A DNA stretch of 64,000 nt from Candidatus Bathyarchaeota archaeon. Lineage in GTDB: Archaea; Thermoproteota; Bathyarchaeia; TCS64. Shown here in pieces: positions 50,880-60,312 of the stretch. The translations under genes were made by a program, and so were the position numbers. Numbering within the stretch: position 1 is the first letter of the stretch; each line of letters starts with the position of its first letter. The notes beneath the pieces are model-generated. The model worked only from the letters and a program-made list of their open reading frames with translations. It made no database searches and was not told where the DNA came from. The stretch covers positions 192,001 to 256,000 of the forward strand of contig CAVYLP010000003.1 in assembly GCA_963769425.1 (NCBI GenBank). The letters are read 5' to 3'.

Positions 50880-51886
50880 TGCGTGTTCTTCTCCTTACCC
50901 CACTCTGTTCCTATGTATGTTACCTGTGGAGCGGTCTTCGGGTAGGTCGTCATCCTTACGGCTTTCCTCATGCGGATGAGCCTCTTGGGAGTTCCCTGGA
51001 CGCTTCCCTTTATGACGACGTATTCGCTCTTGATTGGGCCGTATCTGTTGAAGCCGCCTGCGGGGGATACTTTGTTGCTGTCGTTGCCGAGTAGTAGGAT
51101 GCGTTTGTTGAAGTCGACGCGCTGGTGGCTTCCCATCTGGCCTGCGCGTGCTACGTGTGGGTGGATTGTCCTAGGGGCGACTGGTGCGATTGAGGCGACG
51201 CTCCTGACGGATTTACGGGACTTGTTCTGTTGGATGCGGACTCCGAATCTTTTGACTGGGCCCTGGAATCCTTTGCCCTTTGTGACTCCGGAGAGGTCGA
51301 TAGATTCACCGGGCTTGAAGACCTGTGAGGCTGACACGGTTTTACCGAGCAGTCCCTTGGCGTACTCAAGTTGCTGGTCGATGCTTCCGCCGCCGACCTT
51401 TATCTCGACGAGGTCGGGCGTGTTCTTCGCCATAGAGGCAAGCTTGGGCTGCGTGGCAGCTAGGATCCTGATCTCCTTAGCCTTGTCGATGGAGGAGGCG
51501 AGTTTCTCAAGCTCCTTTGCGGTGTCGGAGGTCTTCTTGATCTTTGTCGCCCTGATGAGATCCTTTGTGGGATCGGTCATCCAGGCCTCCGTAATGACCT
51601 TGTAGCCGTCGTATGTAGCTCGGTAGGAGCGTATGGCGCATACAAGCATCGGTGGGGCCTCGATAACGGTTGCCGCGACCTTTACTTCTTGTCCGAACTC
51701 GGGGACCTTTGCCCTGTCCTCTAACTGATATAGGTGGGTCATCCCCGCCTTGTAACCTGCGAAGCCTAGGAGCTGGGGACCTTCTGTGACCTCCGGCCAA
51801 TGCTGGATGCGTCCATTAAAATGGCTTGCCCTGCGTCTAGGATAGAATGACTTTGATCCTTTTCTAGGTGAACGTGGCCTAGGCAT
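50876..51886 (-). CDS. rpl3: 50S ribosomal protein uL3
   Basis: GYKAGMTH, TKGKGFQGPVKRFG, AGQMG and KGSVQG. Confidence 0.96.
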   Translation of the reverse strand: MPRPRSPRKGSKSFYPRRRASHFNGRIQHWPEVTEGPQLLGFAGYKAGMTHLYQLEDRAKVPEFGQEVKVAATVIEAPPMLVCAIRSYRATYDGYKVITEAWMTDPTKDLIRATKIKKTSDTAKELEKLASSIDKAKEIRILAATQPKLASMAKNTPDLVEIKVGGGSIDQQLEYAKGLLGKTVSASQVFKPGESIDLSGVTKGKGFQGPVKRFGVRIQQNKSRKSVRSVASIAPVAPRTIHPHVARAGQMGSHQRVDFNKRILLLGNDSNKVSPAGGFNRYGPIKSEYVVIKGSVQGTPKRLIRMRKAVRMTTYPKTAPQVTYIGTEWGKEKNTQ

Positions 51887-52007
51887 CGTAGCCTCTCCTT
51901 ACTTTTATTAGCTGTATGGAATCAGCGAGTCTTGCATTTAAATGATTCGTATATTATGTTACAATCCACTTTATCGCCTCTTTTGGGTGGAGGTGGCTTG
52001 TATGTGT

Positions 52008-52625
52008 TTATTTTGGTTGTTTATGCTCGTTTTCGGCCCTTTTGGGGTATGGGCAAACATCGTTTAGCGGGCATTCGTGGCATTTAGGGTTGAGTGCCCG
52101 GCACACGTCTCGCCCGAACTGGATGAGCTTGATGTGGGTATCGAGGAACTTGTTTGGAGTAGTGGCATCCTCTAACGTCAATCGGATAGTGTCGTAGCCG
52201 GCGTTGCTTGGTACAAGCTCCAATCTCTTCGCTATCCTTGCTATGTGGCGATCGACGGGGAGGACGTCCTTCCCGGCGTTGAAGAGCAGGACGACGTCCG
52301 CGGTCTTCTCGCCCACACCCGGGAGGGACATGAGCGCCTCACGAGCCTCGGGGTAAGGCTTAGCGACGACTGCTGAAAGATCACCGTCATAGAGTTCCAG
52401 GACCTTCTCCGATACCTGCTTAATGGTTCTACTCCGCTGGTTGTACATCCCGGCGGGCCTGATGGCGTTGGCTATATCCGATTGGCTTGCCCTCGATAGG
52501 TTTCGCGGAGTGACGCCGACGCTCTCTTCTAGTCGCCTGTAGGCCGTTTCCTCGTTTCTCCAGTTGGTGTTCTGGCTTAGAATCGTCCTGATGAGAGACT
52601 TGAAAACGTCACCACCGCTGGGCAT
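52008..52625 (-). CDS. nth: Endonuclease III (HhH-GPD, FeS); true start possibly upstream at 52706
   Basis: ILSQNT, LPGVGEKTAD, PVDRH and C-x6-C-x2-C-x5-C. Confidence 0.9.
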   Translation of the reverse strand: MPSGGDVFKSLIRTILSQNTNWRNEETAYRRLEESVGVTPRNLSRASQSDIANAIRPAGMYNQRSRTIKQVSEKVLELYDGDLSAVVAKPYPEAREALMSLPGVGEKTADVVLLFNAGKDVLPVDRHIARIAKRLELVPSNAGYDTIRLTLEDATTPNKFLDTHIKLIQFGRDVCRALNPKCHECPLNDVCPYPKRAENEHKQPK

Positions 52626-52668
52626 CCAGCGCCGAGGGTAGAGCTCCTGGACCCTTAGGAGGGCCTTC

Positions 52669-53913
52669 TCAGCCCTCTTCGTCCTCGTCTTCGTCGTCTG
52701 TGTCAGGGTCTCCCACTACCTCTTCGGGGTCCTCTATCGGCTCGATTATAACGGGTGGCTCGACTGGTTCCAGTGGCCTGTCCTTAAGGTCCTTGATCTT
52801 CCACGCGATTAAATCCAGTAGTCCGTTGAGGTTTGTTCTCTTGTCTGCTGATACGGTCGTCCATGGTATGTCGTAGTGGTCGAGGCTTAGCTCTTCCTCG
52901 ATGTTTTTCACTGTGTCTGCTGGCGCCTTGTCCACCTTGTTGAATACGAGGATGACGCGCTCTGTCGGGACGCCGATGTCGCGTAGCAGGCTGATTCCTT
53001 CGCTGAGTTTGAGCTGTAGGGTGAGCGGTGGGTCGGTTATCTCGAATAGCAGGATGACGACGTCGGCGCTTCTTATGTCCTCGAAGTTGATCTGGAAGCT
53101 CTTTATTAGGCGGTGGTCGAGGTCGAGTACGAAGCCAATCGTGTCGATGAACATGACGGTTGTTTCGGGGTCGATGTACCGTTTCGAGTATTTGCTGCTG
53201 AGTGTTGTGAATGGGCGGTCGCTTACTGGTTTGTGTTCGCCGGTCAGTGCGTTGAATAGGCTGGTCTTCCCAGCGTTGTAGTAGCCAGCGATGCATATCG
53301 TGGGGTAACCTAGCTTCTTGCGGTTCTCTATCTGTTGTTTCTTCTCGACGACCATAGCTTGTATGTTTTCCTTGATGTCTGACTGGCGTCTCGATATCTC
53401 CCTTAGTTGTCCGCGGAAGCCGTACTCGCCGCCGCTGTGGAAGAAGGGGCGGTCGTGGGTGAAATGTATGTTTGCTGAGAGCTTGTAGAAGGGCGCGAGC
53501 TTTTCGAGCCTAGCGGACTCGATCTGTAGCTTGCTGAGGTTGTCCGATGCCATCTGGTCGAATATCTCGAGCGTCAACTCATATCGATCGATGACATCGC
53601 AGGCCGTTCCCTGTATAAGGTTGAGTTTCTGGCTACTCTTGAGCAGGTTGTAGAAGACTACGAGTTGAACGTCGTGTTTCTCCGCCTGTCTCTTGATCTC
53701 GCCGACTTTTCCCTTGCCTATGCAGTATTTCTCGAAGGGGCGGTATCGAGTTTGGACTACTTCGCCGACGACCTCTATTCCGAGTGCTTGGACGAGTGCT
53801 TTTAATTCGTCAAGTCTGACTCGATAGACCTTGTGGTCGTGGACGTTTGTTTTTAGCATGACGATAATGGCTCGTCCCTTGAGGGCGTCCCTTGGTCGGA
53901 CTTCTTCAGGCAA
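52669..53913 (-). CDS. hflX: HflX-family ribosome-associated GTPase
   Basis: ELKAL, IGKGK, IDR..L.LEIF, GYYNAGKTS, FTTL, DTIGF and NKVD. Confidence 0.88.
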   Translation of the reverse strand: MPEEVRPRDALKGRAIIVMLKTNVHDHKVYRVRLDELKALVQALGIEVVGEVVQTRYRPFEKYCIGKGKVGEIKRQAEKHDVQLVVFYNLLKSSQKLNLIQGTACDVIDRYELTLEIFDQMASDNLSKLQIESARLEKLAPFYKLSANIHFTHDRPFFHSGGEYGFRGQLREISRRQSDIKENIQAMVVEKKQQIENRKKLGYPTICIAGYYNAGKTSLFNALTGEHKPVSDRPFTTLSSKYSKRYIDPETTVMFIDTIGFVLDLDHRLIKSFQINFEDIRSADVVILLFEITDPPLTLQLKLSEGISLLRDIGVPTERVILVFNKVDKAPADTVKNIEEELSLDHYDIPWTTVSADKRTNLNGLLDLIAWKIKDLKDRPLEPVEPPVIIEPIEDPEEVVGDPDTDDEDEDEEG

Positions 53914-54281
53914 TGTTTGTGTAGTGGTGTTGGTGAACGTTTCTTAAAAAGCATCCATCGCTCAGCGAGTTGGACATTTATTACATCTTTATGTAATAGG
54001 TCGTAAATTTGTTTAGCCAAACTTTTATTTGAGATATTTTAAAACTTCTTTTCCGTGTAAAGAAATTATTGGCGCGTGTATAAGATTACCTCCTTCCCCC
54101 TCGTTATTTTTAGTTGTTTCACAATCCAGTATCTATTGATAAAATATTTCAAGTCTATGAAGGATATATGGAATCATTAGAAAGGATATCTGGTAATCTC
54201 ATGCTACCTTTGCATTTTCGCTCATCTGATTATACTCCGTGTCCAGAAGCTAATGGAAACAATCGGGAAATTAGAGGTAGT

Positions 54282-55502
54282 CTAGTATGTAGTGTGAATA
54301 TGGGAGTTCCACTTTGGAAATATAATTTCGATGATCTGCCTATACTCGGGCTTAATCATGACATCAGGATACTCTACCTCTAATTCGTCTATGCTTCGGT
54401 AGCCGAGGAGCATCTTAGGGAAAACGCGAGGGTTCACCCTGATATCCTCTCTCTGCTCACTCTGGCTTTGATCGACTTTTACGACGATGCCGTTCTCGAA
54501 TGTCAATGTAATGGTGAAAACGTAGAGGTTGAGCGGGATTGAGCCTGTGTATCCATGTAGAGGAGAGCGTTTGATCCTTTCTTTGAACACCTGCTTGATC
54601 TTCTCTAGGAGTTGTATATAGTTGATAACCTTCATCTGCCATGCGTATGGACGTCTCTTCGAGGCGCTGAGATCAAAGAGATACTTGCTGAACGGCTCGC
54701 TGTATCCCTCACGAGAGACGAGTCCAGTCGCTCCGTTTTCTTCGCCAAGTCTTCGGAGGAACGCTGCGATCATCGCGGATGTGGCCTTGTTTGCTTCCGT
54801 AATCTCGTGTAGGAGAACAGCCTTTCCCTCGATGCCTGCTCTAAAATAGGCGATAATTTCGTCACTAATCCTCACGGCGTAGGTTGTGCTCTTATGCTCC
54901 CCGACGATTCCAGCTTTCTCCTGTGTTGCCCACTCCCGGGGGCTCCTCATGCTGTGAATCAGATACTTTCTCTGAGACGTTTCGAGGAGGTTCATGGCCA
55001 CTGGAATCTCATCAGGCTGTAGGGGGGAGATATTGGATGTCGTTTGAGTCGGTAATTTAGCTAGGGGGATCGTCACCCCCTCGTCTAGCGTCACCGAGTA
55101 CTCATACCCGAACTGTCTATAGAAGTAAGGTATCCCCTCAATCGCCGCGAGGTCGTACCCGTCCTCCCGGGTGCGTTTATCGAACTTCGCGTTGAGCAGT
55201 CTCTGGAGCCCCCTATGCCTATAATCGGGATGTGTGGCGACAAGCCCCATCTCAGCTACACTGAGGGGTACGTCCCCGAGGCTCCAAGTCATCGGTATCA
55301 GGTTCAGCGTCGCCACCATCCTGTCGCCATCCCAGAGTGAGAAGAAGTTGCGAGGGGTCATCCCGGGATGAGTATCGTAGAGGCGCCTGCCTAGGACATC
55401 TACCCCCTCATTGGGGAACGCGAGACGCAGCAATGAGGCGTACTTTTCGAGGGCGTGCTCGCCTTCGATATAGCTGAACTTGTATTGGGTCGTCCCGGGC
55501 AC
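54282..55502 (-). CDS. GNAT acetyltransferase (Eis-like)
   Basis: VATHPDYRHRGL and GIPYFYRQFGY; C-terminal SCP2-like region. Confidence 0.8.
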   Translation of the reverse strand: MPGTTQYKFSYIEGEHALEKYASLLRLAFPNEGVDVLGRRLYDTHPGMTPRNFFSLWDGDRMVATLNLIPMTWSLGDVPLSVAEMGLVATHPDYRHRGLQRLLNAKFDKRTREDGYDLAAIEGIPYFYRQFGYEYSVTLDEGVTIPLAKLPTQTTSNISPLQPDEIPVAMNLLETSQRKYLIHSMRSPREWATQEKAGIVGEHKSTTYAVRISDEIIAYFRAGIEGKAVLLHEITEANKATSAMIAAFLRRLGEENGATGLVSREGYSEPFSKYLFDLSASKRRPYAWQMKVINYIQLLEKIKQVFKERIKRSPLHGYTGSIPLNLYVFTITLTFENGIVVKVDQSQSEQREDIRVNPRVFPKMLLGYRSIDELEVEYPDVMIKPEYRQIIEIIFPKWNSHIHTTY

Positions 55503-55527
55503 CGAATACGCTGAGGTGGGTCCGAGT

Positions 55528-56850
55528 TTAAGCCTTTATCAATTCATTGACCCTGTCGAGGAGCCTTCTCGCTATCTCCTTCTTCGATGTGAGGGCGATA
55601 TGGAGGACATCCCGCTTCGGGTCAATTATGTAGACCTCGTTCGTGTCGACGTTGAAGCCACGGTTCTCCTTGGAGACGTCGTTGGCGACTATGAGGTTCA
55701 TCTTCATCTCCTTGAGGCGCTTGTAGCTCCTCTCGATCAACTCCTCCTCGGTAATGTCATACTCGGCCTTGAAGCCAACGAGGAAGACCTTCGGATCGGC
55801 CTTCTTGACCTCGGCTATCACCTTGGGGAGGGCTTTGAGTTTGAGGGTCCACTCCCCCTGGTTAGAAGGGGTCTTCTCCATTTTCCTGTCTGCGGGTCCC
55901 CAGTCGGAGGCTGCTGCGGATAGTATGGCGGCGTCGTACTTCTTCGCCTTTAGCTCGCCGACGACCGCGTTGAGCATCTCCTCCGTTGTCTCAATCTTGA
56001 CGACCTTTGCGTTCGGCGGGGGTTGGGCCGTGGCTGGGCCATAAACTAGGGTGACCTCCGCACCGCGTTCTAGGGCGTCTTCGGCGATGGCTACACCCAT
56101 CTTCCCGGAGCTCGGGTTGGTGATGTAGCGGAAGGCGTCGATATAGGCACGCGTCGGGCCAGCGGTGATTAGGATTCGCTTCCCCTTGAGGTCCTGTAGC
56201 TTCGTCAGCTTCTTGACCACGGCGGCGACGATCTCCTCCGTTCCGGGTATCTTCGCTTTTCCCTCCTCGAATCGGGGCATCAGCACCTCCACGCCTATGC
56301 TTTGGAGTTTGCGGATATTCTCGTTGACTATAGGGTGCTTGTACATACTCGCGTGCATTGCGGGGGCGATTATCACGGGGATGCCCGCACCGATGGCAGT
56401 AGTGAGCAGCGTCGTCACGGGTGTGTCGTCGATGCCCACTGCGACCTTTCCGATCGTGTTGGCGGTGGACGGCGCGACGAGTATGAGGTCCGCGTGTTCA
56501 CTGTGCTCGCCGCCGTATTGAACGTGCTCGATTTCCCCCGTCAACTCGGTTACGACAGGGTTACCCGTTGACCAGTGGAACATATCTGGGTGGACGACGT
56601 GCTCCGCCATCTTCGACATGACCACGTAGACGTCCGCGCCGAGGCGCATCAGCTCCCGAGCGATGTCCGGGCTCCTGATCGCGGCGACGCTACCAGTCAC
56701 GCAGAGTACAATCTTCTTCCCGAGAAGAGCGTGGGACTTCGTCCCGATGATCGACTTAGATGTATGCTCTCCGAATGCCATCCCAGTCTCATGGCTTACG
56801 GCAACGGGTCTGTCTTTTAACTTTTTACAACAAATCTCCCTTTGGCTCAA
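55528..56850 (-). CDS. coaBC: Bifunctional phosphopantothenoylcysteine decarboxylase/ligase (start may be the later MAFGEH)
   Basis: TGSVAA, EIEHV, PSTANT, PAMH, TAGPT, NPSSGKMG, VGFKAE and ANDV. Confidence 0.93.
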   Translation of the reverse strand: MSQREICCKKLKDRPVAVSHETGMAFGEHTSKSIIGTKSHALLGKKIVLCVTGSVAAIRSPDIARELMRLGADVYVVMSKMAEHVVHPDMFHWSTGNPVVTELTGEIEHVQYGGEHSEHADLILVAPSTANTIGKVAVGIDDTPVTTLLTTAIGAGIPVIIAPAMHASMYKHPIVNENIRKLQSIGVEVLMPRFEEGKAKIPGTEEIVAAVVKKLTKLQDLKGKRILITAGPTRAYIDAFRYITNPSSGKMGVAIAEDALERGAEVTLVYGPATAQPPPNAKVVKIETTEEMLNAVVGELKAKKYDAAILSAAASDWGPADRKMEKTPSNQGEWTLKLKALPKVIAEVKKADPKVFLVGFKAEYDITEEELIERSYKRLKEMKMNLIVANDVSKENRGFNVDTNEVYIIDPKRDVLHIALTSKKEIARRLLDRVNELIKA

Positions 56851-56862
56851 TTGGGGTGAGGT

Positions 56863-57000
56863 TTAGAGGTTCTCCAGCTTCTCTTCGATCTCGCTAAGGC
56901 GCTCCATGATCTCCTCGAGCTTTTCCTCGATGGTGTCGATCTTGTCGATTAGACCGGCTACCTCGACCTCGAGGTCGTTGACCTTTTTTTCCTGACTCAT
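56863..57000 (-). CDS. 45-aa acidic coiled-coil microprotein (not in ORF track)
   Basis: MSQEKKVNDLEVEVAGLIDKIDTIEEKLEEIMERLSEIEEKLENL with heptad I/L periodicity and host-like codons; TTTATAAA about 40 bp upstream. Confidence 0.7.
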   Translation of the reverse strand: MSQEKKVNDLEVEVAGLIDKIDTIEEKLEEIMERLSEIEEKLENL

Positions 57001-57070
57001 GCACACTAGTCTCCGGTTCTGCGTTGATTGGCTCTCTTTATAAATTTAACTGGGTTAGGGTCGGCTGCGG

Positions 57071-57568
57071 CTAAGTGGTCCTCTTTGCGTTTTTGAGGGC
57101 GTCGGTGTACCACTTGGTGTCTTCCTCCGCGTAGCTGGACACGTTGGATCGAAGGGACTTTCCCTCGTTGCTGAGGATCACGACCTCCTTGATCTGGCTG
57201 TTCATTATCTTGCGGCGGCAGCGCTGGCAGGGGACAGCCATCGTTAGTTTGCCGTCCCTGTCCTTGCCTGCTATATAGAGTGTGGCTCCGATGCGGTCCG
57301 AGCGGTTGCTGTTGATTATGGCGTTCTCCTCCGCGTGGACGGCGGGGCAGTAGTCATACGCGGCGCCCTGCGGTGACTCCATCTCGTCCTTTATGCAACC
57401 GACCTCGTAGCAGTTTACGACGCCCCTTGCGGTGCCGTTGTAGCCGGTCCCCACGATGGTGCTGTCCTTCACGATGACCGCCCCAAACTTACGCCTCGTG
57501 CACGTTGAGCGCTCCGCAACGCTGAGCGCGATGTCTAGGAAATACCTATCCTTATCCGGCCGATCCAT
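57071..57568 (-). CDS. dCMP deaminase family protein
   Basis: RSTC.RR, GYNG, HAEENA and PCQRC zinc motifs. Confidence 0.88.
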   Translation of the reverse strand: MDRPDKDRYFLDIALSVAERSTCTRRKFGAVIVKDSTIVGTGYNGTARGVVNCYEVGCIKDEMESPQGAAYDYCPAVHAEENAIINSNRSDRIGATLYIAGKDRDGKLTMAVPCQRCRRKIMNSQIKEVVILSNEGKSLRSNVSSYAEEDTKWYTDALKNAKRTT

Positions 57569-57610
57569 GGCTGAAGAATCGGAGGTTCGGATAAAAAGCC
57601 TTCCAGCCAC

Positions 57611-57628
57611 CGGCGGAAAACGTTTATC
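57611..57628 (+). promoter_or_regulatory. BRE/TATA promoter of the C/D sRNA
   Basis: CGGCGGAAAACGTTTATC ending about 25 bp upstream of the sRNA 5' stem. Confidence 0.55.
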
Positions 57629-57653
57629 GCTTAACCCCTCCCCCGAGTACTCA

Positions 57654-57716
57654 GGCGGGCGATGATGACTTTGCCCTTCTGAATCCGTGATGAGGATCTT
57701 GAGTTTGGAGCCCGCC
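57654..57716 (+). ncRNA. Box C/D methylation guide sRNA
   Basis: Terminal stem GGCGGGC/GCCCGCC; box C ATGATGA (57662), D' CTGA (57679), C' GTGATGA (57687), variant D TGGA (57706); guides of 10 and 12 nt. Confidence 0.85.
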
Positions 57717-57769
57717 GCTCACAACCTTCATAACATGAGTCGGGGAGACTGTATCCACGGTGAAAGAAT

Positions 57770-57952
57770 ATGCCGTGGATAGAGGTCAAATGGTACGCCG
57801 GTAGGGACAAGGCCACGAAGGCCAAGACTATGGAGCTGCTAACGAAGGCGATGTGCGAGGCCGTTGGGTGCAAGCCCGAGGCAGTCAGCGTCGTCTTCTA
57901 CGACGTCGAGAAGTACAACTGGGGCAGCGCCGGGAAGCCCTACGGCAATTAG
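57770..57952 (+). CDS. 4-oxalocrotonate tautomerase family protein
   Basis: 60 aa; catalytic Pro after Met (MPWIEV), GR, NWGSAG. Confidence 0.88.
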   Translation: MPWIEVKWYAGRDKATKAKTMELLTKAMCEAVGCKPEAVSVVFYDVEKYNWGSAGKPYGN

Positions 57953-57957
57953 TCCGG

Positions 57958-59554
57958 CTAACTCCCTCTTTTTAACCGCGTTCTCCAGCTCGGAGATCAC
58001 GCTCTCTTTTCCGATAAGCGAGATGTATGGTCCGAGCCTGGGTCCCTGGCTTTTTCCGAGCAGAACCCTGTAGACAATGGGGAAGACGTCCCGCGGCTTC
58101 AGGCCGTTCTCCTTCGCCGCGTTGAAGGCCACGCTCTGTATCTCCTCCGGCGTGTTCGCCTTCCTCAACTCAGCTATGACTGCCTTCACAATCATGGCTT
58201 CGGGTTCGGTTAGTGTAATCTCTGGGAGCTCTTCGGCGAAGTCCTCCACCCAGTTCATGGCGTAGCCTATCCGCTTCGAGAGCCCGTTCTCGGTCTTGTC
58301 TAGGTATCCGTACTCCCTGAGCTTCGACGTGATGAACTCGACCTCCGAGCCCCTCGGGGCGAGGCGCGCGAGCTTCAGCACGAGGTTGTAAGGGACATGT
58401 ACCTCAGGTTCCTTCGGGGGCTTTAGCATCCAGCAGTACTCGAATAAGCCGGATGACTGCGCCTTCTCCATCTCGTTCAAGGTCTTTGCCTTCCCAAAGA
58501 AGGCGTCCTCAGTGTCGTCGAGCTCGTCCATGTGGGTGGGTATGTCCTCGACGCTCCCGTTCTTCGTGCCGACGAAGCGCTTGAAGATGAGGAGATTGAG
58601 GGACTGGGGCGAACCATAGTGGTACCATACCTGCGGGGTGAATACGTTGCCAGCGGACTTGCTGATCTTCTTTCCGCCGCGGTCGGTGAACATCTCGTAC
58701 TGGACATGCATGGGCGGCTCCCAGCCGAGTATCTCGCGACATATCCTGTCGTTGACGCGTACACTGTCGGCGATGTCCTTGCCGTATGCCTCGAAGCGTA
58801 TGTCGAGGGCCCTCCAACGGGCGGCGAATTCTACCTTCCAGCTGAGCTTCCCATTGCCTGTGAGTATGTCTACCTCGCCCTTGTGGCCACAACCCTCCAG
58901 CCAGTTGCCGCGTACCTCCATCCCGTTGCACTCGTACTCGATAGTGTGGGACTCGGGGTGGTACTTCGTGGCGTGTGTGGTGTAGATTCGCCCGCACTTC
59001 TCGCAGACGACGAAGTAGGGGAGCTCCTCCGTGTACTTCTCTTGACCGATCTCGTCCTCGATGATCTTCCCAACCTTCTCGTGGTTGTTCATGATGGCGA
59101 GGATCTCATCGTCGAAGACGCCCTGCTTGTAGCACTCGAAGCCGCTCATGAAGTGGTAGTCGGCGCCCGCGGTGTCTAGGGCGGCGAGTAGCTGACTCGT
59201 CATGTGTGCTCCGAAGCTCTTGTGGCACTCGCCAGCTGGGTCAGGGATGGTGCTTACCGAGTAGCCGAGCCACTTCTCTAGTTCTTTAGGGAGCCCCGCG
59301 GGGACCTTCCTGAGACCATCTTTGTCGTCGCTGAATGCGATTAGCTCCGCGTCATATCCCTGGACCCTACAGCCGAGGGCGACAGCGTAGTTACGAAGTG
59401 CGTCGCCGAGGCTCCCGATGTGCGGGAACCCTGAGGCGCCGAGGCCGCTCTCCGTCCTGATAAGCTTTAGGCTTCTGCCGAGCTTCTTCTCCCTTTCTAT
59501 GAGTTCCGAGGCGGCCTTGTCGTACCACGTGCCTTTACCGATGATCTCAGGCAT
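57958..59554 (-). CDS. lysS: Class I lysine--tRNA ligase (probable indel near 57970; called ORF runs on to 57839)
   Basis: SGFPHIG, GKLSWKVEF, EAYGKD, KISKS and GPRLG. Confidence 0.93.
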
Positions 59555-59628
59555 CCATCTCTACCTTCGAATACCTACCATGGATTGTTTTAAAAAGGGT
59601 TCGCCGCCCCGAATCGCTTAAAGGGATA

Positions 59629-60312
59629 GTGGGTGGATCGTTCTCCGTGAAGTCGAAAGAGGGCAGGCCGATCCTGACCTACGTCATCATCGCGGCGTCC
59701 GCGCTCGTGATGCTCCACGAGACGATCCTCCCCGCATCGGCGGCGAGCCTACTCTATGACGAGTACGCCCTCAACCCAAGTTACGTCACCCACGGGATGC
59801 GGATCGTAAGCATCGTCTCATACATGTTCCTCCACGCGGACTGGGTCCACCTGATACTCGACAGTTTCGCGCTCTGGGGGGTCGGGACCATAATGGAGAG
59901 GGAGATCGGCTCAGCGAGGTTCGGGATCGTCTTCCTCGCCTCGGGCGTGGTCGCGGGCCTCTCACACGTCGTTTTAAACTCCGGCTCGACAATCGCCCTC
60001 GTGGGTGCCTCCGGTGCCGTGTTCGGTACCCTCGCGACTCTCTTCCTCCTCAGCCCATTTAAGAAGACCACCATCTTCGTCGTCCCGCTCCCTGCAATCA
60101 TGGTCGGCGTACTCATGGTCTCAGTCGAGCTAGCGAGCTTCGTCTGGGCAAGCGGGACACTCGCAGCCAACGACGTTCAGGTGATCGGCTTCGTGACCGG
60201 CGCTGTACTGTCTTTCTGGATCGACGCGAAGCGGGCGCTGAAGTGGCTTGTCATAGGGGTGGGGGTCGCGATAATTATTTACATGCTCGGGATGTACCTC
60301 GGCGTCATCTGA
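59629..60312 (+). CDS. Rhomboid-family intramembrane protease-like protein
   Basis: MFLHADWVHL, E...G, VGASG; the usual TM6 His is not evident (ANDVQVIG). Confidence 0.8.
   Translation: MGGSFSVKSKEGRPILTYVIIAASALVMLHETILPASAASLLYDEYALNPSYVTHGMRIVSIVSYMFLHADWVHLILDSFALWGVGTIMEREIGSARFGIVFLASGVVAGLSHVVLNSGSTIALVGASGAVFGTLATLFLLSPFKKTTIFVVPLPAIMVGVLMVSVELASFVWASGTLAANDVQVIGFVTGAVLSFWIDAKRALKWLVIGVGVAIIIYMLGMYLGVI

Noticed and set aside
57839-57957. Real C-terminal extension of LysRS overlapping the tautomerase gene
   Set aside because: Removing one A in a homopolymer gives a stop at 57958-57960, consistent with the other indel errors.
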